Assembly: GCA_965249865.1 (NCBI GenBank)
Contig: CBDFMZ010000001.1
Location: 40,202-104,201 of the forward strand
Source of the DNA: Acidobacteriota bacterium
Lineage (GTDB): Bacteria > Acidobacteriota > UBA6911 > RPQK01 > CBDFMZ01
Length of the DNA: 64,000 nt
Reading direction: 5' to 3'
Position 1 is the first letter of the stretch. Every line of letters starts with the position of its first letter. The translations under genes and the position numbers were made by a program. A model generated the notes under the pieces. The model was not told the DNA's origin and made no database searches. It saw nothing but the letters and a program-made list of their open reading frames with translations. This document shows, in pieces, positions 9,697 to 20,793 of this stretch.

Positions 9697-10683
9697 TTGC
9701 TGACAGTGTTTGGGATAGGAGAAACTATGAGTTTTCAAAGACTGTGCATGGCAAGTATATTGTTCTATCTGAGCTTATTTCATGATTCTCTCTGGGGAGC
9801 CATCATGAGAGGGAAAGTAACGGATGAGTCGGGCGCTCCCATTGCCGGAGTCCAGATGACCTTTGCAGACATGTATTCAAAAAGGGTCTACAAGATGAAG
9901 ACGAACAAAAGTGGCGACTATGTGCACGGGGGAGTCAATGCGAGGGGAAAGTATATGGTCACGGTCGAGAAGGAAGGCTACCAGGCGACAGGTCGTCAAA
10001 ATCTGACAGTTCACTACGACTTACCAAATGTTCTTAACTTTCAGTTGAGAGTCGGCGATAGAGGCCTACTCGATTTTGAGGTGCCCCTCGAAGAACGTCT
10101 CCGGAAGCAGCAAGATGCCAAGAAGGCACTTGCGGCTCAGAAAGCCTTGATTGAGGCTACCAGGATGATGAAGGCAAGCTCAACACTTGAGGCTTCAGGT
10201 AAGACCACCGAAGCTATTGTAAAATTGGAAGAAGCGGTGGCAGTCAAGCCAGATGCAGTCCAGGCCTGGGTGAAACTCGGACAGCTTCGGCTCAAACTCA
10301 AGTTCTATAATCCGGCTATCGAAGCCATCCAGAAAGCGATCTCGTTCCAGCCTGACAATCCAAGTCTTCGTGAACAACTAGGGAAAGTTTACTCCGCCCA
10401 GGGACAAGGCAAAGAAGCGAAAAAGCAGTATGCCCAGAGCCATTTCCTGTCAGCCAAAGCGTTGATCAACCAGAACAAAAACAAGGAAGCGCTTGAAATA
10501 CTTGAGAAAACCCTGGAAGTCGACGCCAAGCACGCCGAGGCCTACTATGAACTGGGAGTTATCTTGATTAGCCTCGGTCGGATTGACGACGGTCTAAATC
10601 GTTTGAAAAGGTACCAAAAGCTGTCTCCCAATGGACTAAACATTGAGACTGCACAGGCTTTGCTTCAACAGCTGGGAAAGTAG
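9697..10683 (+). CDS. Secreted carboxypeptidase-regulatory-like domain plus TPR protein
   Basis: Signal peptide, GKVTDESGAPIAGV beta-sandwich start, several TPR helices (AWVKLG, AYYELGVIL). Confidence 0.8.
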   Translation: MLTVFGIGETMSFQRLCMASILFYLSLFHDSLWGAIMRGKVTDESGAPIAGVQMTFADMYSKRVYKMKTNKSGDYVHGGVNARGKYMVTVEKEGYQATGRQNLTVHYDLPNVLNFQLRVGDRGLLDFEVPLEERLRKQQDAKKALAAQKALIEATRMMKASSTLEASGKTTEAIVKLEEAVAVKPDAVQAWVKLGQLRLKLKFYNPAIEAIQKAISFQPDNPSLREQLGKVYSAQGQGKEAKKQYAQSHFLSAKALINQNKNKEALEILEKTLEVDAKHAEAYYELGVILISLGRIDDGLNRLKRYQKLSPNGLNIETAQALLQQLGK

Positions 10684-11157
10684 CCCACAGATCAGAGCAG
10701 GGTAATCTCCCGGAGCCCCCATTTGAGATCATTCAACGGGCGCTCGTACCCTCACCTTTCTTCAGGCCATTGGTCACGCGAATTCTCGTCGTGATTTTTT
10801 TGCCAGATCTCCTCCGGTCTGGTGTCTGACCCATCACGGTCCGGAGTGATGTGGTGCAGAATGCGTTTGTAACGTCCTCTATTTTCCATGGCCTCACCCA
10901 GTCAGGCAGTAGTGACATGCATAAAAAGATCATTCGGACACCATGTGTAGCGGTAGGCGAAGTGCACTTGTATTGACTACTCCAGCATTGAGCTGACCGT
11001 AGAATGTATAAGTGCATCTACAACCTGCCCAAATAGAAGCTACATTAATCCACTTCCGGGTTTAAAAAAACATACCTTATCCGCACCCAAACACACACAA
11101 TGTGATTAACTTAGCTAGCAGGGAAAACGTTAAAACTAATACAATCAAGGGGAAGCG

Positions 11158-11232
<75 letters not shown>

Positions 11233-11640
11233 TCTACTTAACTCATATTAGGATGGCAGAAATCACCTTGTCAACCGCTAGCAGCCTGGCAGCCCACGGC
11301 AAGTCACGTACTGGCGCCAAGGATCCGTAGTCGCCTCAAACTGTAGCCCGTCGCGCTAGCAACAAGATGACACTAATTCCTGACTCAGGACACTATTGTC
11401 CTGTCTCTCGGAACTTCTCTCTTTTTTTCCTCAAACGTTATAGTTCCAGTGCCCCGCTCGCTCAGCGTGTTGAAGTTGGGAAACATAACTGGCAAGGCGA
11501 CGTCAAGAGCGAAAGAAGTACAGTACCGAGTGACAATGCAAAGCTGTCACCATCAGCTGCAAATGAAGAGGGAGGAATCAACGGTAAACAGCCCAAACCC
11601 TTAACGGGTTTATTGCAGATCAAACCTACCGACTCTAGGA

Positions 11641-11945
11641 CACTGGGGAGAATAGTTTGCACTGCGGCATCTGAAGAGCTTGGGATGAGAAGTTGTGGTT
11701 ATAGCGGCGAGGTGGATCTGGTCGCTTACGACGAAAAAAAATCGGTTTTGTGAAGGCGAAAACACGGCGGATACCTAGGCCGTTCTCCCCAGAAGAGATC
11801 GTCGACATCGGGAAGGAACGGAAAAACTAAACAATTGGCTATGGATTTTGTGCATAGGTCATAAAATTACAGATACGCCGCTGTGTTTTGATGTCATCAC
11901 TATCGAAACCGAAGACACACGCAACTTTTGGCTTCGGCCATTTCT
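11641..11945 (+). pseudogene. yraN: YraN (UPF0102) family nuclease pseudogene
   Basis: Across frameshifts and a stop: LGR...GEVDLVAYD / FVKAKTRR...PEEIVDIGKERK..QLAMDF / TDTPLCFDVITIE, collinear with YraN GEIDL..D...FVEVKTR...RFDV. Confidence 0.7.
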
Positions 11946-11986
11946 CTCTGAGCAGCTGAGAAGTGTGATCCCAGCGGTGGCAGCCA

Positions 11987-13318
11987 TTACATGGCTGCTG
12001 AGACGCGGCGCATGATACGCATACCCGCTCGAATTTCATTTTCCGTAATGGTCAGTGCTGTCCTGAAACGGATCGAGCGTTCTCCACAAGGCAAAATCAG
12101 GAGATGCTGCTCGAAAAGTTTCTCTCGAAAGCGTTTTCGAACGGCTTCGTCGGGGAGATCGAAAGCACAAAAAAGGCCTAAGCCTCGAGCATTTGAAATC
12201 TTCGAGGGAAATTCCTCCTCAAGCTGCCGCAGCTCTTCGAGCAAGATGCGACCCATCTTTCGAGAGTGCGCTAGCACTCCCTCCTTTTCATAGATTTCAA
12301 GGTACAATTTGCAGCGAACCATGTCGATAAGATTGCCTCCCCAAGTCGAATTGAGCCGGCCGGACACGTGGAAGATGTTATTCGGTATTTCGTCAATCCG
12401 TTGACTGACCAGCATTCCACAAACCTGTGATTTCTTTCCGAAGACCAGAACGTCAGGTTTTACATAGTGTTCAAAGGCCCACATACGACCGGTCGCGCCA
12501 AATCCCGTTTGGACTTCGTCGTAAATGAACAGGATCTCGTCTTCGTCACAGATGTGCCGCAGCTCATGGTGGAACTCGGGCCGAAAATGATTGTCTCCTC
12601 CTTCGCCTTGGATCGGTTCTAAGATCAGGCAGGCGATATCGTGTGGATCTCGCTCAATCACAGATCGAATCTGCGACAAGGCCTCCTGCTCAATCTGCTT
12701 TACCTGTTCCAAGTGCTCCCCTCTCAGTGGGAAATGGCAGGTGGGATTAACTATCCGGGGCCAATTAAACTTGGGGAAATACTGGGTCTTACGAGGGTCT
12801 GTGCTGTCAGTTAGGGACAATGTATAGCCAGATCGGCCATGAAAAGCCTGACGGAAGTGGATGACCTTAGAACCTTTTTCGGATCTTATCCCTCGAGCCA
12901 AGTTCTTTCGGACTTTCCAGTCGAACGCTGTCTTCAACGCGTTCTCGACAGCCAGAGCTCCTCCCTCGATAAAGAACATGTATTTCATAAAGTTGGGTTT
13001 CGCCCACCACGCGAAGCTCTCAACGAATTCTGCCATTTCTCGCGAATACACGTCGGAATTGGAGGGTTTGTGAATCGCCAGCCTTCCGAGCTCCTCTACA
13101 ACCTCCTTGGCAATCAACCGAGGATGGTTGTAGCCCAAAGGACAGGTGGAATAGAAGGCAAAGAAGTCGAGGAAAAACTCCTTCCGTTTGGTGTCATAGA
13201 GATAAGCTCCATGACTCTTCTCAAAATCCACGACAACGTCTATGCCATCAGCAACCATATACCGGCCTATGGTGCCATGTACTTGAGCTGCGTCAATGTT
13301 CAACCGACCTTTTTCCAT
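11987..13318 (-). CDS. lat: L-lysine 6-transaminase (class III PLP aminotransferase)
   Basis: FFIEGGALAVENALK.AFDWK, AFHGRSGYTLSLT, EPIQGEGGDNHF, DEVQTG, GKK(PLP), STWGG. Confidence 0.88.
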   Translation of the reverse strand: MEKGRLNIDAAQVHGTIGRYMVADGIDVVVDFEKSHGAYLYDTKRKEFFLDFFAFYSTCPLGYNHPRLIAKEVVEELGRLAIHKPSNSDVYSREMAEFVESFAWWAKPNFMKYMFFIEGGALAVENALKTAFDWKVRKNLARGIRSEKGSKVIHFRQAFHGRSGYTLSLTDSTDPRKTQYFPKFNWPRIVNPTCHFPLRGEHLEQVKQIEQEALSQIRSVIERDPHDIACLILEPIQGEGGDNHFRPEFHHELRHICDEDEILFIYDEVQTGFGATGRMWAFEHYVKPDVLVFGKKSQVCGMLVSQRIDEIPNNIFHVSGRLNSTWGGNLIDMVRCKLYLEIYEKEGVLAHSRKMGRILLEELRQLEEEFPSKISNARGLGLFCAFDLPDEAVRKRFREKLFEQHLLILPCGERSIRFRTALTITENEIRAGMRIMRRVSAAM

Positions 13319-14694
13319 CGCGTCCCTTGTCGAGTATCTTCCAAGATAACCCCCCGCCGGGAAAGAAGAGTTCGAATTTCGTCGGCTCGCTGATAGTCGC
13401 GCTTGCGTCTCGCCTCAGTCCGTTTCGTGATCAAGTGCATGATCTCCTCCTGGTCCACTTTGGGCTCATCGACCTGCCAGACGTCAAAAACCTGATTGAC
13501 ATCAAAAACCAATTCTAGAATTTCATCACGATTGACAGTTCCAACCTCCTTACGTTCCAGCAAAATGTTGCTTTTCCGGATCAGCCCGAAGAAAGCAGCC
13601 AGGGCAGCAGAAGTGTTTAGGTCATCGTCAAGCCTCGCCTCAAAACCCGCACGGGCTTTGGAAATTTGTTGTGTCAACTGAAGATTTTCCGGCTGATTTT
13701 CAGGAATCTCACGAACCCGCAAAAGGAAATCATTGACACGTTGAAGTGCTGACTTCGCCTGACGAAGGGTTGCCGCAGTGAAATTAAGCTGTTTGCGATA
13801 ATGCACAGCCAGCAAAAGGTAGCGGATCGCAGCCGGGTCATGGCCTCGATCGATCAAGTCCCTGAGTGTGAGAATGTTACCAAGCGACTTCGACATTTTC
13901 TCCCCATCAATAATCAGATGAGCACTGTGAACCCAGGTACGGACAAAAGGTTTCTCCGTGGCCCCTTCGCTTTGAGTAATCTCGTTTTCATGATGAGGAA
14001 AAATTAGGTCTACTCCTCCACAATGGATGTCAAAACTCCCGCCCAGATATTTCATGCTCATGGCCGAACATTCGATATGCCAACCGGGTCGACCTGGTCC
14101 CATTGGTGAATCCCAGTAGGCTTCCCCCGGTTTTCGGCTTTTCCACAGAACAAAATCACGAGGATTCTCCTTCGAGTAAGAATCCTCGTCAATACGACCT
14201 TCGAGTTTCATCTCGGAGAGATCCATATGGGAAAGCTTTCCATACTGTGGAAAACGGTCAATTCGAAAGTACGTTGAACCTTCAGTCTCATAGGTGTAGC
14301 CCTTCTCACGCAATGTGAGGATGAGCTGGATCATCTCCTCGATATGGTCAGTGGCACGAGGCATGAATTCCGGGCGTTGGATGTGGAGTGTCTGCATGTC
14401 CTCAAAGAATGCCTCAGTATAACGACCCGTGTAGTCGTCGATCGAAAGATCTGCTTCGCCTGCATTGTGAATGATCCGGTCGTCCACGTCGGTTATGTTC
14501 ATGACGTGTCTTATGCCAAAACCCTTGTACTGTATCCAACGTCGCAAGAGATCTTGGAAAACGAAGGTGCGAAAGTTCCCGATGTGGACAAAGTCATAAA
14601 CGGTGGGGCCGCAGGTGTACAAGGTAACTTCCTGTCCCTTTAGGGGGCGAAGTTCTTCCACACGCTGCGTAAGAGAATTATGTAACCTCAGCAT
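13300..14694 (-). CDS. cysS: Cysteine--tRNA ligase
   Basis: [36 protein letters not shown]. Confidence 0.98.
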   Translation of the reverse strand: MLRLHNSLTQRVEELRPLKGQEVTLYTCGPTVYDFVHIGNFRTFVFQDLLRRWIQYKGFGIRHVMNITDVDDRIIHNAGEADLSIDDYTGRYTEAFFEDMQTLHIQRPEFMPRATDHIEEMIQLILTLREKGYTYETEGSTYFRIDRFPQYGKLSHMDLSEMKLEGRIDEDSYSKENPRDFVLWKSRKPGEAYWDSPMGPGRPGWHIECSAMSMKYLGGSFDIHCGGVDLIFPHHENEITQSEGATEKPFVRTWVHSAHLIIDGEKMSKSLGNILTLRDLIDRGHDPAAIRYLLLAVHYRKQLNFTAATLRQAKSALQRVNDFLLRVREIPENQPENLQLTQQISKARAGFEARLDDDLNTSAALAAFFGLIRKSNILLERKEVGTVNRDEILELVFDVNQVFDVWQVDEPKVDQEEIMHLITKRTEARRKRDYQRADEIRTLLSRRGVILEDTRQGTRWKKVG

Positions 14695-14767
14695 CGCTCT
14701 AGCACAAAAGGGACGATGTTAGCTGATATCCGCCGGACGGGCAAACCATCCACGGTGTCTTATTCGT

Positions 14768-16372
14768 TTACTCGTTTCTCTGCGGGGTAATCTCGACCAA
14801 ATAGAGATTTCCCAGATGTCGAATGAGGTTCGGTTCAAACGATGACTCGAGCTCCTTCCCGCCTGGTTCTTGGGTCAAAATGTAGTAGCGGGATTGGGGA
14901 TGCATCAAACAATAGTCACGCAGAGTTTTCAGGTCTGGTACAGCCTCTTTGGTCGTACAGTAGTCAGTGTAATACTGGGCGGTGTGGTGAAAATAGCGGT
15001 AGAGGATAAGAGGCTGCTCGCATGAAGTCAGGGCGTTAGCCGCAACGGAAAGATCACGTGCCGAATGGTAATCGTCGACGATAGGAGCGGCTTTCCAGTA
15101 GGCCAATGCAGTGAACGACGTGATAGCGACGACCAAGCACAAAAAGAGATGAAGTGGTTGATGTCTACGAAACTCCCGTTGTGCACCAACCATACCCCCC
15201 AACAACGGAAAAGCCAGCAGACCCCCAACCGGCAGTGCTCCATAAATAAAATGGAATCCGAATGTCAGTGCCCCGATGATCACTAAACCCGCGGCAGCCG
15301 CAGCGATTAGCTCTATTTTCATGGACCGAAAGGCAACCTGATTACTCTCCAGATAGCGGTTCCACTCCAGACCCACAATCACGGCCAGGGCCGGAATAAC
15401 CGGTAGGATGTAGCCCGCTAGTTTGCTTTCACTCAAAGAGAAAAAGAGCAAAGGGACTGCCACCCACAACCAAAGAAACAGCTCTGGATCGCTTTCTTCT
15501 TGCAGCCAAACCAGGCCCGAGCGCCACATGCGCACTAGAGATGATCCCAGAAAGAACACCCAGGGGAAAAAACCGAAAATGAGGATGACCAGGTAAAACC
15601 AGAGAGGCTGCCGGTGATGGTGGATGTCTGTCAGAAAGCGTGCTAGATGATGATTAACCCAAAAGGTAGCCACGAAATTTGGCCCGTTTTCCAACCAAAC
15701 TTGCCAAAACCAAGGAACCGCCAGCGAAAAAAAGACCAACAGGCCGAGAAGGGTTTGTTGCCATCTCCAAAGATATTTTTGTCTGAACCAGAAGTAGAAG
15801 AGGAAAACGCCACCAAACAGGACGATGGCCACCGGCCCCTTTACCAGGACAGCCGATGCGAGTGCAATGCCCCCACTCAGTCCCCACCAAACAGATTTCG
15901 ATCGAGTGGCGCAAAAGCCCGAGATCATTGCTGCCGTTAGCATTGCTGTCAGGGGCATGTCCATGCTGGCTGCACGCCCGTAGAGAAAAAACAGCCCCGA
16001 GGTCGGCAGGATCAAAACCGTAAACAGAGCAGCCCACCACCCTGCTAGATGCAAAGCTAACAGACCGACCAGTAGCGTCGTCAGTGCCGCAAGGAGCGCG
16101 ACGGGAAAACGAGCCGCCCATTCACTCACTCCGAAACACTGGAAACTGGTCGCTACCAGCCAATACAAGAGGGGAGGCTTCTCCAGCCAAGGCCGAGAAT
16201 TGAGAGTCGGAGTAAGATAATTACTCCCCAGATTCATCTCCTCGGCAACGCGCGCGTAACGAGGTTCATCGCCACCAATGAAAGCCAGATTACCGAGCTG
16301 ATAGAAAAAGGCCAGGTAGAGAACGATAGCGCAGAAAATAAGAAGAGACCAACGGATGGACACAGAGGCCAT
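14768..16372 (-). CDS. ArnT/PMT-like (GT39/GT83) membrane glycosyltransferase
   Basis: DEPRYA, WLEKPPL, RAASMD, KGPVA, SKLAGYILP and many TM helices; ATG at 16372 preferred over the ORF-track start 16444. Confidence 0.85.
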   Translation of the reverse strand: MASVSIRWSLLIFCAIVLYLAFFYQLGNLAFIGGDEPRYARVAEEMNLGSNYLTPTLNSRPWLEKPPLLYWLVATSFQCFGVSEWAARFPVALLAALTTLLVGLLALHLAGWWAALFTVLILPTSGLFFLYGRAASMDMPLTAMLTAAMISGFCATRSKSVWWGLSGGIALASAVLVKGPVAIVLFGGVFLFYFWFRQKYLWRWQQTLLGLLVFFSLAVPWFWQVWLENGPNFVATFWVNHHLARFLTDIHHHRQPLWFYLVILIFGFFPWVFFLGSSLVRMWRSGLVWLQEESDPELFLWLWVAVPLLFFSLSESKLAGYILPVIPALAVIVGLEWNRYLESNQVAFRSMKIELIAAAAAGLVIIGALTFGFHFIYGALPVGGLLAFPLLGGMVGAQREFRRHQPLHLFLCLVVAITSFTALAYWKAAPIVDDYHSARDLSVAANALTSCEQPLILYRYFHHTAQYYTDYCTTKEAVPDLKTLRDYCLMHPQSRYYILTQEPGGKELESSFEPNLIRHLGNLYLVEITPQRNE

Positions 16373-16377
16373 TTGAC

Positions 16378-16428
16378 AGGCAAACGAAAGGAGTTTCAGT
16401 TCTAAACTGAAACTCCTTTCGTTTGCCT
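16378..16428. repeat. Perfect 24-bp inverted repeat (3-nt loop) between groEL and the ArnT-like gene
   Basis: AGGCAAACGAAAGGAGTTTCAGTT-CTA-AACTGAAACTCCTTTCGTTTGCCT; arms are exact reverse complements. Confidence 0.95.
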
Positions 16429-16483
16429 CGCTTGCTGCAGGCAAAGTGCGCCGAACGGAAAGGCGTCGCGCTGCACTTTCAGG

Positions 16484-18488
<2,005 letters not shown>

Positions 18489-18572
18489 CGTTCTGCGCTC
18501 CTTTCCCTTCTAGTGCGTGTTTAAGACTGAAATGTAAATCCCTTTATTTACAACTACTTATTGCGAGCTTAA

Positions 18573-18627
18573 CCAGCGTTCCCTCACGAGGAGTGCTACT
18601 ATAGCAACACTCTTGAGCCGACGTCAA
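18573..18627 (-). promoter_or_regulatory. groESL sigma70-type promoter with a degenerate CIRCE (HrcA operator)
   Basis: Minus strand TTGACG-18 nt-TATAGT, overlapped and followed by GTAGCACTC-N9-GAACGCTGG (CIRCE consensus TTAGCACTC-N9-GAGTGCTAA; 8/9 left arm, 5/9 right arm). Confidence 0.6.
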
Positions 18628-18702
18628 TAGTATATAAGATGCTTTCACTGCTGATGCAAGTTTCCCTTGCTTGTCTGGGATCATCTACTAAAATCTCAAG
18701 GC

Positions 18703-19618
18703 ATGAATGAGCAAAAACAAACAGGTTTGCAGACACTGACACTGAAGGGAATTTCCAAGTGGAACCAAGGTAAGGTACGGGAGATTTTTGAGCTACAGGA
18801 CGACCTCCTTCTCATGGTCGCCACGGATCGAATTTCTGCCTTTGACGTAATTCTCCCCAACACCATACCTCGGAAAGGCGAGGTATTAACCCAGCTCTCC
18901 GTTTTCTGGTTTGATCAGATTGATCAAATCACCACTCACCACTTCGTCTCTGCCCAAATCGAAGACTTCCCGATTCCTCTGCAATCCTTCCGGGAGGAAT
19001 TGGTGGGTCGCTCCATGTTGGTGCGTAAGTGCCGTCCCTTACCGATCGAGTGCGTGGTACGAGGCTACTTGGCCGGATCGGGCTGGAAGGAATACCGGGA
19101 GACCGGCACGGTTTGTGGGATTAAGCTTCCGGTTGGGCTGTCTGAATCCGATGAGTTGCCCGAACCTATCTTTTCCCCTGCCACTAAGGCAGTCACAGGT
19201 CACGATGAGAATATCACCTTCGAGCAAGCCACTCAGTTGGTCGGAATTGAACTCGCTGAAAGAGTGCGTGACATCAGTCTCCGCATCTACAATCGGGCCC
19301 GGGACTATGCGCGACAGCGCGAGATTATTATTTGCGACACTAAATTTGAGTTCGGTCAAAACAACTCCCAACTCCTCCTAATCGATGAAGTCTTAACTCC
19401 GGATTCCTCACGCTTCTGGCCTGCTGATCGTTACAACCCCGGAAAACCTCAGCCTTCCTTTGACAAACAGTTTATTAGAGACTATTTACAGAAGACTTGA
19501 GTGGGACAAGAATCCTCCGGCTCCGGAGCTACCCGAATCCATTATTCAAAAAACCTCTGAGCTGTACGTTGATGCCTACCGCCGACTGACGGGAAGGGAA
19601 TTGAACGGAAGGGCATGA
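18703..19618 (+). pseudogene. purC: SAICAR synthetase with a +1 frameshift near 19495 (pseudogene or assembly error)
   Basis: [47 protein letters not shown] in frame 1 until TGA at 19498-19500; the conserved tail WDKNPPAPELP...YVDAYRRLTG continues in another frame to 19618. Confidence 0.9.
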
Positions 19619-19955
19619 TGGCGGCTAGCCCTTGCTTGTTTTTTTACGAAGGTTTTTTCACGATCAGTAATGCCGGGGTCCCTGCAGAAAAAAGGACTCC
19701 GTTAAAAACATCTATTTCGGTCATTTAACAATTAAGTTTGGAACCGGCAGCTCAAACTGCCCCCCGCTTCTAATTTAACCGTGCGGGAGGAAGTCTCAGG
19801 AGATTGAACGGTGAAAAAGAGTGGATGGAGAAAATCGGCGGAGTCTTCAGGCACCGAAACTGCGATCTTGCGTTTCAAGTCATCCTGACCAAAAAAAACT
19901 GGACCCTTAAATCTGAAACTTTTATACCCAATACTTACACCTTTCCAAACACCAG

Positions 19956-20528
19956 ATGAAATATCTCAACTTTTTTGACCTGATGGCTGTTGTGGTCTTA
20001 GCTGTGTCTGTCTTCAGTGCGATGTTCAAAGGCCTGACAATTGAGTTGTTCTCGCTGGTTGCTGCAGTAGGAGGGTTTTTTCTAGCCGTTTGTTTTTATT
20101 CCGATGCTGCTCATTTTTTTTCTAGAATGGACCTTAACCCAGTGTTGTCGAGTTTTCTTGGTTTTGTGGCAATTCTCCTTTCGGTTATCGTGGCAGGATC
20201 AGGCCTGGCGCTTATCATGAACAGAGCCATCGGAAAGCTTGGTCTGAACTGGATCGATCATCTCTTGGGTGGGATATTTGGCTTAGCACGTGGATGGCTA
20301 ATCGTGACCGCCCTCTTTCTGGCTTTCCGCGCTTTTCCGATCCGGAACGATCTGCTCTCCCAGTCACGCTTAGCCGAGTTCTTCTTGACTGGCGCCCGCG
20401 CGGTCGCAGCTCTGACACCGGAACAATTTGAAAAACAGTTTCACGCAGGCTACCAGAAGCTTTATCAGATGTGGATTGAACAGACTACTGAAGCATATGA
20501 ACCAGTCTCAGACAAGACTAAAAATTAA
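19956..20528 (+). CDS. cvpA: CvpA (colicin V production) family membrane protein
   Basis: KGLTIELFSL, four TM segments, DHLLGGIFGLARG; usual neighbour of purine genes. Confidence 0.85.
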   Translation: MKYLNFFDLMAVVVLAVSVFSAMFKGLTIELFSLVAAVGGFFLAVCFYSDAAHFFSRMDLNPVLSSFLGFVAILLSVIVAGSGLALIMNRAIGKLGLNWIDHLLGGIFGLARGWLIVTALFLAFRAFPIRNDLLSQSRLAEFFLTGARAVAALTPEQFEKQFHAGYQKLYQMWIEQTTEAYEPVSDKTKN

Positions 20529-20766
20529 AAACATTTTAGAATCCGTCATAGGCGAAATGGTGGACAAAGGAATTTTTTGGCATGAAGCCCTGGCAGAATT
20601 TGAAAAGCTCTTCATCCTCCGCGTCCTCCAACAGAGCAATGGGAAACTCAGTCAGGCCGCTGACACTATGGGAGTGCATCGAAACACTCTGTCGAAGAAG
20701 ATCCGCGAGCACGCCATCGAAAAACAGCGATCGAAGAACAAACAAAGAGCTGGAGCGCGGATCTGA
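20497..20766 (+). CDS. Small Fis-type helix-turn-helix protein
   Basis: FEKLFILRVLQQSNGKLSQAADTMGVHRNTLSKKI (HTH_8 pattern); ATG at 20497. Confidence 0.8.
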   Translation: MNQSQTRLKIKNILESVIGEMVDKGIFWHEALAEFEKLFILRVLQQSNGKLSQAADTMGVHRNTLSKKIREHAIEKQRSKNKQRAGARI

Positions 20767-20793
20767 AACCAGGATTCTTTCCCTCCAAGGAGT

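Noticed and set aside
10733-11017. Minus-strand ORF or relic between the TPR gene and tRNA-Gly
   Set aside because: Frames are partly protein-like but no family could be recognised
11367-11753. 128-aa ORF as a real gene
   Set aside because: Low-complexity, non-protein-like sequence; only its end overlaps the yraN relic
19498-19500. TGA in purC as selenocysteine or stop read-through
   Set aside because: The conserved C-terminal sequence is in a different frame, so read-through would not restore it; PurC has no Cys/Sec at this position
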